Source: Patescibacteria group bacterium UBA2773
Lineage (GTDB): Bacteria > Patescibacteriota > Minisyncoccia > Moranbacterales > DUUL01
Reading direction: 5' to 3'
DNA: 64,000 bases
Assembly: GCA_002352465.1 (NCBI GenBank)
Contig: DEIN01000003.1
Location: 24,933-88,932, forward strand
Below the pieces are notes generated by a model. The model was not told the DNA's origin and ran no database searches. It saw only the letters and a list, made by a program, of their open reading frames with translations. The position numbers were made by a program, and so were the translations under genes. Below, one piece after another: positions 48,836 through 58,256 of the stretch. Each line of letters starts with the position of its first letter. Position 1 is the first letter of the stretch.

Positions 48836-49413
48836 TTATTTAAAACTGTTACTTCGTCGCTTCTTCCGATGGAATTTAAGGGCAAACCAATGAGCCTCAT
48901 TGTTAGATAAAAGAATATCCCTTTCACTTTTTTTGATAGCTTCGGCGTTGCCTAAAAAATCTCGAACTTTATGATGATTATCTTTCACTGCGACCACCGC
49001 CGCAATCACGTCTTTTCTAGTTAATAATGATTGAGTAGCTGCGTGATGCATTCGCTCCACTTCAGCATTAATACTAGCTTCTTTTTCAATATAAGTGTCC
49101 GAGGCCGACACATAAGCCTCCGGCTGATAGTAGTCATAGTAAGAAACAAAATAATGAACAGCATTATTGGGGAAAAATTCCTTATATTCTTGAGCTAATT
49201 GAGCCGCTAAAGTTTTATTATGAGCAACCACTAAAGTTAGTTTGTTAATTTTTTTTATCAAATTAGCAACCGTAAAAGTTTTCCTGAACCCGTCACTCCT
49301 AAAAGCGTTTGTTGCTCAACGCCAACTTGCAAACCGTCTGTCAAAGATTGAATCGCTACTCCTCGATCCCCAGCTGGTTTATATTTTGAAATTAATTTAA
49401 ACTTAGTTTTCAT
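48836..49413 (-). pseudogene. uvrB: uvrB remnant: N-terminal about 115 residues only, frameshifted in an A-run and truncated
   Basis: [16 protein letters not shown]...LLGVTGSGK | [28 protein letters not shown]...[23 protein letters not shown]...[11 protein letters not shown] collinear with the UvrB N-terminus; frame break inside Walker A at GGAAAAC (A4 where A5 is needed); homology stops after DVIAAVVAV. Confidence 0.65.
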
Positions 49414-49680
49414 TTAATGTTTTTATCATCAATTTAATAGTGCGTTAAATGATAACATAAAAAACTAAAAAAACAATTAGCTACATTAGTATTCAAATTT
49501 TAAAATTCCAAAAATATTTTCTTCTATATAACTTTGAATTTAAAATTCCATATCCATTGAATGATTTAATAAAAAATAATCCGATTCTCCCGACTCATAA
49601 ACAAAAAAGGCCTCTGTCAAAAACTAAGACCCTTTTCTTTTTTGCAAATTATTTTTTTGAAACGATAAGAGTCTAAGACT

Positions 49681-52023
49681 TTAAGCTAAAATAGCCTTTA
49701 CTCGTCGAACACCCGCCGAAGAAGATTTTTCTTGAATAATTTTAAATAAACCTTTAATTTCGTTAGTGTTATCAATGTGAGGACCACCACAAATTTCTTT
49801 GGAATAATCACCAATAGTAAACACACTGACTAAATCGCCATATTTATTTTCAAAAGATCCGTGCGCACCAGCTTTTTGAGCTTCTTCTAAACTCATTTCT
49901 TCTTTAACAACAGTAGTTCCACTTTGAATAGCTTCGTTCACAAAATCTTCAACTGATTTTATTTGATCTTCGGTCAATTTATCGGGATGAGAAAAATCGA
50001 ATCGAATTCTTGCACCATTGATATTTGAACCTTTTTGAAAAACGTGATTTCCCAAAACTTTTCTAAGTCCTGCCAAAAGCAGATGAGCCACTGTGTGAAG
50101 TTGCTTAGTTTGCTCTTTAGTATCAGCCAATCCTCCTTTAAACATTCCAGCACTAGCCGTTCGAGAAAGCAATTGATGCCTTTCAAGTTCTTGCTGAAAA
50201 CTTTTTTCATCGACTCTTAATCCTTGCTCATGAGCTAAGTCACAAACCATTTCGATTGGAAATCCATAAGTTTGAAATAGATCAAAAGCTTCTTTTCCTG
50301 TAATCACTAAATCATTACCACTGTCAAAAATTCCTTCTTCTACTTTAATTTTTTGATCAGGTGTTCCTTTAATAAATTTTTCTAGAGCTAAAAAGCGATG
50401 AGAAATTTTGTTTTTCTCCTCTCCTAATTCAGCAAACGTTTTATCATAACCTTTAGGCATAAAAATTGGATCAAATCCAAAATCAGCATTGTTCTGTCCC
50501 TTTCGCTCTTCAGTTATTTGACCTTTCACTGAACCCTCAAAAAAAGAAATTTCTTTTCCATCAAAATAAGCAATCACACATTTAGCCTCAGCATTTCGAT
50601 TTTTATTTTCTGTCAAATCTAAAATCCCTTGAGTTCCTAAATATTTATCCAACCATTTAATTAAAGCTCCTGGAAAACCGTTCCAAGCTTCTAAATGGAG
50701 AGCTGTGTCTTCAACAATAATTGGTCTTTTTATCGATTTATAAGCTTCAATTATTTTATATTGAGCCACTTCTCGAGAATCAATCGCTTGAATTTCAGGT
50801 AAATTTGATTGATAAAAACTAAGACTCATCGAATCCTTAATTAAATCTTTGTATTCTTTGATTTTTTTAGGGTTAGAAGAAACTAAAACCACATCTTGCT
50901 TTTTGGAAATTATTTTTTCAAATTGTTTTAAGCCTTTTTCTAAAGTAGCTTGAAATTTTTGTTCTTCGTCTTTAATCACGTTTAAAATAAGCTTCTCACT
51001 CACTTCGGGGTAAATATCTTTATAAATTTCCTGAACAGCTGTCCCGATTTGCTCAGTAAATAAATAATCAATTCCCATTTTATTTGCTTCTCTAACAGCT
51101 CTTCTGATTAATCGTCTTAAAATATAACCTCGTTCGTTGTTTGAAGGCTTAATTCCATCAGCCACCATAAAAACCGAGGCTTTGATGTGATCAGCGATAA
51201 TTCTAAATGATTTTTTATTATCTTGATATTTTTTGTTTGATAGCTCTTCAATTCTTTTAATAATCGGCTGAAATAATTCTCCTTCATAATCATCTTTTAA
51301 TCCATTTAAAATTGCCACAATTCTTTCTAGCCCCATTCCAGTGTCAACATTTTGTTGAACAAGTTTTTGAAAAGATCCATCCACTGTTTTTTTATATTCC
51401 ATAAAAACATTATTCCAAATCTCAACCCATTTATTATTTTTTGGATCAAATTTTCTAGGAATTTCATTGGTATCACCAGTCCAATAAAAAATTTCGGTAT
51501 CTGGCCCACAAGGTCCAGTTTCGCTAGGAGGTCCCCACCAATTTTCGCTTTTAGGAAGCTTAGCAATTCGATCTTCTGAAAAACCTAGTTCTCTCCATTG
51601 CTCAAAAGACTCTTGATCAAAAGACGCATCATGATCTCCTTCAAAAACTGAAACTGCTAACCGCTCTCGATCCAATCCCAACCATTGAGAAGAAGTTAAA
51701 AATTCGCAACTCCATTGAATGGCTTCTTGCTTAAAATAGTCACCCAAAGACCAATTCCCCAACATTTCAAAAAAAGTATGATGAGTAACATCACCAACTT
51801 CTTCGATATCAATCGTTCGAATACATTTTTGAATATCGACCAATCGAATTCCTTGTGGATGTTTTTCTCCCATCAAATAAGGTACTAAAGGTTGCATCCC
51901 AGAACTTATAAACAAAGAAGTTGGATCATTTTCTGGTACTATCGAAAAAGAAGACAAAGCATTGTGTTTTTTTAATTCAAAAAATTTTATAAATTTTTGT
52001 CTCAATTCCTGAGCTTGAATCAT
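49681..52023 (-). CDS. alaS: alanine--tRNA ligase with inserted Ham1/RdgB (ITPase) domain; lacks C-Ala domain
   Basis: AlaRS catalytic core (HHTFFEMLGNWSLGDYF), editing domain (HTVAHLL..., CGGPH); residues about 376-553 = Ham1 domain (SNPKK, VEDTALHLEAWNGFPGALIKW, FGFDPIFMPKGYDKTFAEL, SHR). Confidence 0.85.
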   Translation of the reverse strand: MIQAQELRQKFIKFFELKKHNALSSFSIVPENDPTSLFISSGMQPLVPYLMGEKHPQGIRLVDIQKCIRTIDIEEVGDVTHHTFFEMLGNWSLGDYFKQEAIQWSCEFLTSSQWLGLDRERLAVSVFEGDHDASFDQESFEQWRELGFSEDRIAKLPKSENWWGPPSETGPCGPDTEIFYWTGDTNEIPRKFDPKNNKWVEIWNNVFMEYKKTVDGSFQKLVQQNVDTGMGLERIVAILNGLKDDYEGELFQPIIKRIEELSNKKYQDNKKSFRIIADHIKASVFMVADGIKPSNNERGYILRRLIRRAVREANKMGIDYLFTEQIGTAVQEIYKDIYPEVSEKLILNVIKDEEQKFQATLEKGLKQFEKIISKKQDVVLVSSNPKKIKEYKDLIKDSMSLSFYQSNLPEIQAIDSREVAQYKIIEAYKSIKRPIIVEDTALHLEAWNGFPGALIKWLDKYLGTQGILDLTENKNRNAEAKCVIAYFDGKEISFFEGSVKGQITEERKGQNNADFGFDPIFMPKGYDKTFAELGEEKNKISHRFLALEKFIKGTPDQKIKVEEGIFDSGNDLVITGKEAFDLFQTYGFPIEMVCDLAHEQGLRVDEKSFQQELERHQLLSRTASAGMFKGGLADTKEQTKQLHTVAHLLLAGLRKVLGNHVFQKGSNINGARIRFDFSHPDKLTEDQIKSVEDFVNEAIQSGTTVVKEEMSLEEAQKAGAHGSFENKYGDLVSVFTIGDYSKEICGGPHIDNTNEIKGLFKIIQEKSSSAGVRRVKAILA

Positions 52024-52192
52024 TTTGTTTTATTATTAATTAATAATTATCTACTATAATAGATAATAGCTTATGCAGAAAAATTGTTCAAGAATAATAA
52101 ACAATTTATTCTTCACAATTAATAATTTGGATTTAAAAAATTTACAAATTGATTTTTTAAAATCACAAACTATTAATTGCTCATTATAAAAT

Positions 52193-53212
52193 CTATTTTG
52201 AAAGAATAGTTTTCTTATATACATCTAGATTATCCAAAGCTATTCCAGCGCCTTTAACTACACACAGCAGAGGATCATCCGCTACGTAACAAGGTACACC
52301 AATAGTTTGGACAATGTATTGATCTAAATTTTTTAGTAAAGCACCGCCGCCAGATAAAACCATTCCCTTATCCATAACATCTGCCGCTAACTCTGGTGGA
52401 GTTTCTTGAAGAACTTTTTTAATCGCCTCGATTATTTCTCTAAGTTCATCTTGAATTGCTTCTGTCACTTCATTAGATGAAATCTTGACAGTCTTTGGCA
52501 AACCACCCATTAAATCTCGCCCTCTAACTTCAGCATATTTTTCATTTATTTGTGGGACAGCTCCTCCTATCATTATTTTTATTTCCTCAGCCGTTCTTTC
52601 GCCAATCGCTAATCCATGTTTTTTCTTAATATAATTAGCAATCGCATTGTCGAATCGATCTCCCCCAACTCGAGCACTATGTGCCGCCACAATTCCCCCT
52701 AAAGAAATTATCGCCACTTCTGAAGTTCCACCACCAATATCAATAATCATATTTCCAGACGGATTATTAATTGGAATCCCTGCTCCAATCGCTGCCAAAA
52801 CTGGTTCCTTAACAATATAAGCATTTTTAGCACCAGCATTGTTAGTTGCTTCTATTACTGCTCGTCTCTCCGTAGATGTCACTCCAGCCGGAATAGAAAC
52901 TAAAATATCAGGACGAATGAATCTAATTTTAGGACTAACCTTATTTACAAAATAACGAATCATCGCTTCTGTCACTTTATAATCAGCGATAGCCCCATTT
53001 TTTAAAGGCCGATGAACTCTAATCATTTCAGGCACTCGTCCAATCATTTCTTTAGCTTCATTACCAACCGCTAAAATTTTATTGTCATTAATATCAATTG
53101 CCACCACCGAGGGTTCATTGACAACAATGCCTTTTTTAGGAATAAAAACCAAAGTGTTAGCCGTTCCTAAATCTATTCCAATTTTATTTAAAAAAAGATT
53201 ATCAAAATTCAA
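52193..53212 (-). CDS. mreB: rod shape-determining protein MreB
   Basis: IGIDLGTANTLV N-terminal actin-fold motif, 339 aa. Confidence 0.9.
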   Translation of the reverse strand: MNFDNLFLNKIGIDLGTANTLVFIPKKGIVVNEPSVVAIDINDNKILAVGNEAKEMIGRVPEMIRVHRPLKNGAIADYKVTEAMIRYFVNKVSPKIRFIRPDILVSIPAGVTSTERRAVIEATNNAGAKNAYIVKEPVLAAIGAGIPINNPSGNMIIDIGGGTSEVAIISLGGIVAAHSARVGGDRFDNAIANYIKKKHGLAIGERTAEEIKIMIGGAVPQINEKYAEVRGRDLMGGLPKTVKISSNEVTEAIQDELREIIEAIKKVLQETPPELAADVMDKGMVLSGGGALLKNLDQYIVQTIGVPCYVADDPLLCVVKGAGIALDNLDVYKKTILSK

Positions 53213-53268
53213 TTTTTTATTTTAGCTATTATAGAACTATTTCTAACCTCATTCTTTGCTACAGTTTT

Positions 53269-53679
53269 CTACTTAAAAAATTTCTTTAAAAACTCCTCTT
53301 GCAATTTAAACATTTCAGCCGAATGCTCCTTTCCAGTTAAATGCAAACAACCATGGACTAAATTTTTGACTAATTCTTTTTCTGCTTCAGTTCCATCTTC
53401 TTGAGCATTTTTTTGGATAATATTCCAACACAAAACTAGATCTCCTTCTATTTTTTTATTATCAAAAACATAGCCGAAAGACAAAATGTCAGTGACTTCA
53501 TTTTTAGTTCGATATTGATTATTCAAATTTTTAATTTCTTTTTCTGAAACATTAGCGATAGAAATCAAAACCTGTTGATTATTAGAAAGAATTTTTTCAG
53601 TTTGCAAAAAAATAATTATTTTTTCTAACCAAATTTGTGCTAATTTTTCTGAAAAAATTTTATTTTTTTTAAAACTCAT
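53269..53679 (-). CDS. ybeY: rRNA maturation endoribonuclease YbeY
   Basis: HGCLHLTGKEH (H..H.....H) metal motif. Confidence 0.8.
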   Translation of the reverse strand: MSFKKNKIFSEKLAQIWLEKIIIFLQTEKILSNNQQVLISIANVSEKEIKNLNNQYRTKNEVTDILSFGYVFDNKKIEGDLVLCWNIIQKNAQEDGTEAEKELVKNLVHGCLHLTGKEHSAEMFKLQEEFLKKFFK

Positions 53680-53802
53680 AAATATTTTTAAATTAACAAA
53701 AGAAATGGCCTCTGATAAAATCTTTAAAAAAATGTATTCAAAAACAGCTCCTCCACACTAGGAATATCTTGTAATAGAACTATTTAAAAAGATTTTACTT
53801 TA

Positions 53803-54258
53803 TTATTTTTGAAGTAATTTGGTAACAATTTCTCGAACCACATTTCCGTCTGCTTGACCTTCAAGTTTTTGCATTGTCTTCCCTATCACCATTCCCAGTT
53901 GTGATATATCTTGCGCTTTTATTTCGGCAATAACACTCTGAACCGCTTCCTCGATTTTATCCAAGCTCAATTCAGCCGGAAGATAAACTTTCAAAATATC
54001 TAATTCTTGTTGCTCTTTCGTTACTAGATCTTCTCTCCCACCTGCTTTATATTTATCAATAGCGTCCTTTCGTTGCTTAACACCTCTCTTAATAGCCTCT
54101 AGAACTTTTTCATCCGATAGACCATCTTCCCTCATTTTAAACTCAATTTCAGCATTTTTAATTTCAGCATTTAGCATCGACAAAACAGACTTTTTCTCAA
54201 CATTTTTTTGACGAAAAGCTTCAATAAAATCTTTTTTGATAATTTCTTTTAAGCTCAT
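53803..54258 (-). CDS. GatB/YqeY domain protein
   Basis: 151 aa, helical, collinear with YqeY. Confidence 0.75.
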   Translation of the reverse strand: MSLKEIIKKDFIEAFRQKNVEKKSVLSMLNAEIKNAEIEFKMREDGLSDEKVLEAIKRGVKQRKDAIDKYKAGGREDLVTKEQQELDILKVYLPAELSLDKIEEAVQSVIAEIKAQDISQLGMVIGKTMQKLEGQADGNVVREIVTKLLQK

Positions 54259-54324
54259 ACTTTTTAGAAAATTATTCTCAAATAATTTTTGAAAAAATTG
54301 AAAATAACTCTTTAAATTAAATAA

Positions 54325-54576
54325 CTACAAAATTCGTTTTTTGACTTCTTTAAATTTTTCATCATCAAAAATACCCATTTTCTTGAGCTTATCAGCTTCT
54401 TTTTTGACTTTCTTTCTATAAAGAGCATCATCTTTCAATTGTTTTTTAGACTTTGGTTTAACGTTAAATTGCGTTTTTCGAGCTTTCATTAGAACCTTGC
54501 TCTCTTGCATTCTACGAGAAAAACGTCTAATCAAACTTTCTGATGTTTCTTTATCTTTTTTTACAACCTCTACCAT
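54325..54576 (-). CDS. rpsU: 30S ribosomal protein S21
   Basis: VKKDKETSESLIRRFSRRM..., basic 83 aa. Confidence 0.8.
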   Translation of the reverse strand: MVEVVKKDKETSESLIRRFSRRMQESKVLMKARKTQFNVKPKSKKQLKDDALYRKKVKKEADKLKKMGIFDDEKFKEVKKRIL

Positions 54577-54788
54577 AAAAATTCCTCCTTTCTCATTTTT
54601 TATTATTAAAATATATTAAATATTCGGTTTATTTTTCCAAACGATCGTTTTTAGGCATAGTTTATAAATGAAAGATTAGAATTTCAAGATAAATTTTTTG
54701 AATAATTTTCGAATGACTAGCAACTGCTAATCAGAGGAAATTTAAGAAAAATTTAACTGAAATTACAATTTTTCAATGCAAATTATGT

Positions 54789-55136
54789 CTAAGAACAATT
54801 GCTGATACCGCCCATTAAATGCAGATGAATATGAGGCACTTCTTGCCCACCTTCTTTTCCAGTTCTAATCAATAGCTTATAGCCTTTTTCAGCAATTCCT
54901 CTATCAGAAGCAATTTGCTTGGCCACCAATATCAACCGGCCCATAAGTCTCTCATTTTTTTGCGTCTTTGTCAAATCGTTGATTGATTCAAAATGCTTCT
55001 TGGGAATTATCAATACGTGAACTGACGCCACCGGATGCACATCATCAAAAGCCAACACCAAATCATCTTCAAAAATAATCTTAGTGAAAATTTCTTTATT
55101 AATGATTTTGCAAAAAATACAATTTTTATTCATCAA
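54789..55136 (-). CDS. HIT family (histidine triad) hydrolase
   Basis: HVLIIPKKH and HIHLHLMGG motifs. Confidence 0.8.
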   Translation of the reverse strand: MMNKNCIFCKIINKEIFTKIIFEDDLVLAFDDVHPVASVHVLIIPKKHFESINDLTKTQKNERLMGRLILVAKQIASDRGIAEKGYKLLIRTGKEGGQEVPHIHLHLMGGISNCS

Positions 55137-55148
55137 TCAATTATTAAA

Positions 55149-56552
55149 TTATTTAATCCGCACTTCTTTTTTGATTTTATCCAATTTTTTCTTAACTTCC
55201 ACTACGACTTTATCTAAGATAACTACCTCTTGATTTCCACCAATCATATCTTTAATTATCACCGTTTCATCCAATGATTCTCTTTGTCCCATAATCAAAA
55301 CTAAATCAACTCCCAACTGATCAGCCTTTTTTAATTGAGCTTTTAAGTTTCCTCGACCAAAACTTTCCGCCACAGTAATTCCGGCCTTTTCCAATCCTTG
55401 AAAAATTGATAAACTTTTCATTTTGGCTAAATCTCCTAATTGAGCTAAAAAAACTTTTGGTTTTGAGATTTTAGTTCCTTTTATTCCCCGATCTTTCATT
55501 ACTTCCACCAAACGATCCATTCCAGCCGCAAAACCAACCGCTGGAGTTTTTCTTCCGCCTAATTTTTCTATCAAATAATCGTAGCGGCCTCCTCCGCCTA
55601 AAGAAGCTCGACCCTCTTTATCATCCTGTGACCATAATTCAAACACCGTTTTAGTATAATAATCCAAACCTCGAACTAAATGTGGATTAATACTATAAAT
55701 AATTTTCAGTTCATCCAGGCATTCTAATAAATAAGTGAAGTGTTTTTTGCAATCAGGACATAAATGATCGACTGATTGAGGAGCCTGTGCTATTACTTGA
55801 GTGCATTTTTCTTCTTTGCAATCTAAAACTCGCAAAGGATTGGTCTTCAGTCGATTTCTACAATTCATACAAAGTGATTGTTTTCGATTTTTCAAATAAC
55901 TGACCAGAAGTTTATTATAATTTGGTCGACATTCATTGCAACCGATACTGTTCACTTGCAAATCAATCTTATTAATTCCAATCGCATTAAAAATTCTTAA
56001 AGCCGTTTGAATTATTTGTGCATCCAAAATTGGATCTTGTTCTCCAATAGCCTCAAACCCAAACTGAAAAAATTGACGATACCGCCCTTTTTGAGGTCGA
56101 TCATATCGAAACATTGGTCCAATATAGAAAAGTTTAACTGGACTGGGTTTAGTTTTCATTCCATGCTCAACGTAAGCTCTAACCACACTTGGTGTACCTT
56201 CCGGACGCAAACTAACCTTCTCTTTTCCCTGCGTTTCAAACTTATACATTTCTTTTTCTACGATATCAGTATCTTTTCCAGTTGTTCTTTCAAAAAGACT
56301 AACTGGCTCCACCATTGGCATATCGATTCGACCATAATTATAATCAAAAGCAATTTTATCAACGGCTTTTCGAATTTTATCCCAATAAGGTTGATCAATC
56401 GGAAGAATATCTCTCATTCCACGAATAGTTTGAAATTTAACTTTTTTCTTGTTAGAGTTTTCAGTCTTGTTTTGTTCTGTTTTCCCCATATCTTTACTTT
56501 GATTAATTATTGAATAACAACGCTTAACTATCTTTATCTTCAAATTTATCAA
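55149..56552 (-). CDS. hisS: histidine--tRNA ligase (Cys-rich insertion domain; start may be the internal Met MGKTEQN)
   Basis: class II motif 2 FRYDRPQKGRYRQFFQFG, HisRS anticodon-binding C-terminus. Confidence 0.9.
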   Translation of the reverse strand: MINLKIKIVKRCYSIINQSKDMGKTEQNKTENSNKKKVKFQTIRGMRDILPIDQPYWDKIRKAVDKIAFDYNYGRIDMPMVEPVSLFERTTGKDTDIVEKEMYKFETQGKEKVSLRPEGTPSVVRAYVEHGMKTKPSPVKLFYIGPMFRYDRPQKGRYRQFFQFGFEAIGEQDPILDAQIIQTALRIFNAIGINKIDLQVNSIGCNECRPNYNKLLVSYLKNRKQSLCMNCRNRLKTNPLRVLDCKEEKCTQVIAQAPQSVDHLCPDCKKHFTYLLECLDELKIIYSINPHLVRGLDYYTKTVFELWSQDDKEGRASLGGGGRYDYLIEKLGGRKTPAVGFAAGMDRLVEVMKDRGIKGTKISKPKVFLAQLGDLAKMKSLSIFQGLEKAGITVAESFGRGNLKAQLKKADQLGVDLVLIMGQRESLDETVIIKDMIGGNQEVVILDKVVVEVKKKLDKIKKEVRIK

Positions 56553-56567
56553 TTTAAAATATTCAAA

Positions 56568-57230
56568 TTAATTAAAAATTTTTATCTCATCAAATGGCCA
56601 AGCTCTAAAAAGAACTTTGCCGACCACAAATTCACTTGGCAAAACACCCCAAGATCTTGAATCACTACTATATTTTCGGTTGTCTCCAAAAACTAAAAAT
56701 TCATCTTGTTTAACTTCGAAGGAACATTGCTCTCGACATTCAGTTTGGTGTAACATTTTAGTCAGATATTCACTTTCATCTAAAATTCCACCCTGAGGAT
56801 TTTCTTCATTATAAAGAATTACTTCGCCATCTTTAATTTCTATTCGATCGCCTGGCAATCCAATCACTCTTTTTATAAAATATTCTTTTGGATTTCGAGG
56901 ATTACGAAAAACAATCACTTCTTTTCGGCTAATTTCTTTAAAATTATCAACAGTAAAAAATTCTTTTTGATTGATTCCAACCACCGTTTTTTTATAGCCA
57001 AATTCATTCACAATCAGATATTCTCCATTATGAAAATTAGGCTCCATTGAAGCTCCCTGAACAAAAAAAGGCTGAAAAACAAAAGTTCTAATTGGAATTA
57101 TTATTATCAAAGAAATAACAATAATTTTAACAAATTCAAAAACATAAACAACTATTGCTTTTAATTTGCTCTCCTTCTTTGGTCCTAAATTTGTTGAATT
57201 TTTTTCTGTTTCCATTATTAAAAAAGACAA
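56568..57230 (-). CDS. lepB: signal peptidase I
   Basis: GASMEPNF catalytic Ser box and GDNRKYSSDSR box. Confidence 0.85.
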   Translation of the reverse strand: MSFLIMETEKNSTNLGPKKESKLKAIVVYVFEFVKIIVISLIIIIPIRTFVFQPFFVQGASMEPNFHNGEYLIVNEFGYKKTVVGINQKEFFTVDNFKEISRKEVIVFRNPRNPKEYFIKRVIGLPGDRIEIKDGEVILYNEENPQGGILDESEYLTKMLHQTECREQCSFEVKQDEFLVFGDNRKYSSDSRSWGVLPSEFVVGKVLFRAWPFDEIKIFN

Positions 57231-57388
57231 TTTAAAAACATTTCTGCCATCAGCAGAAAAACTTAAAAGTTTTGAATAACCCCATCAATACTAACTTTCT
57301 ATAATATTATACAACACATTTACAAAAAAGTCAAAGTAAGTTTTGCCGACTCCAAAAAATCTTTTTGCACTCTAACGCAAAACGTTCC

Positions 57389-57952
57389 TTAAATCAATTT
57401 ATCAAAAAGTTCAATAATTTTTTCTTGAAAATTTTCTTTAGTTGATTCGTTGATAATCATAAAATCAGCCATCGCAATTGGACCTCCTTTTTGAGTACCT
57501 TCAATTTCCGTCCAATCTCGAGTTTTAAATTCTTGCCAATCCGCAATTGGTCGTTCTTTAATTCGCTTTTTTAAACGCTCAAAACGAGTATTTGGCGAAG
57601 CATAAACCGCTATTACAATAAAATTATCACCAAATTCTTTTTTCATAATCTTATACTCATCCCAGCTATAAAGACTTTCTGCCAAAACAACCAAGCTACT
57701 TTCTAGCAATTTTTTAATTTTAGGCACTGAAAATTTAGCATAGACCCCCATTCCATGTTCAGCCCGCAAAGACTCTCTAACTATTCGTTCATTTTCATAA
57801 TTAACTTCAATCTCACGTTTTTTAATTTCATCGAAAGTCACTTCCCCAAAATAAACTTTAGGCACTGAATATTTTTCTTGAATTTTTTTGACTACTTCTG
57901 TTTTCCCAGAACCAGCCATACCAACAATGGCGATGACTTTTTTATCTTTCAT
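57389..57952 (-). CDS. P-loop nucleotide/nucleoside kinase (CoaE/UPF0200-like)
   Basis: Walker A IAIVGMAGSGKT, 187 aa. Confidence 0.4.
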   Translation of the reverse strand: MKDKKVIAIVGMAGSGKTEVVKKIQEKYSVPKVYFGEVTFDEIKKREIEVNYENERIVRESLRAEHGMGVYAKFSVPKIKKLLESSLVVLAESLYSWDEYKIMKKEFGDNFIVIAVYASPNTRFERLKKRIKERPIADWQEFKTRDWTEIEGTQKGGPIAMADFMIINESTKENFQEKIIELFDKLI

Positions 57953-58082
57953 AATAATTATTCTTTTAATTAATTTTCAATAAATTTTATTTTTAAAAAA
58001 TAAGGGTGCAAGATACAAGATACAAACAAATCTCAATATCTAAATTAAAAATATCAAGTTTCAAAAAACCGTAGATTTTTGG

Positions 58083-58256
58083 TTTTTAACCTGCCGGCCG
58101 ATCCACTTCGTCATAGCTTCAGCGAGGCAAATAAGCATAAGACTTTTTTATTTGAGTGCAGTTCGAGGAAAATCTGAGCACCGAGCGAAATGTATTGAAT
58201 GATACGACAAGCGAGTGACAGAAGATTCGACAAAGAAATGTGCCAAACAAAAAAGT
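58083..58256 (+). repeat. GC-enriched structured intergenic repeat, copy B (longest; flanked by AGACTTTTTT / AAAAAAGTCT inverted termini)
   Basis: AACCTGCCGGCCG...TTTGAGTGCAGTTCGAGGAAAATCTGAGCACCGAGCGA...GATTCGACAAAGAAATGTGCCAAAC; ends at the murD stop. Confidence 0.55.

Noticed and set aside
49262-49413. Treating the 5' 51 codons of uvrB as a separate small gene
   Set aside because: They continue UvrB homology across a single-A frame break inside the Walker A codons; part of the same pseudogene
58150-58185. RNase P RNA P4-like motif (GAGGAAAATCTGAGCAC versus GAGGAAAGUCCGGGCUC) in the repeat family
   Set aside because: Present in at least 6 copies of about 100-180 nt without the rest of the RNase P architecture; chance resemblance
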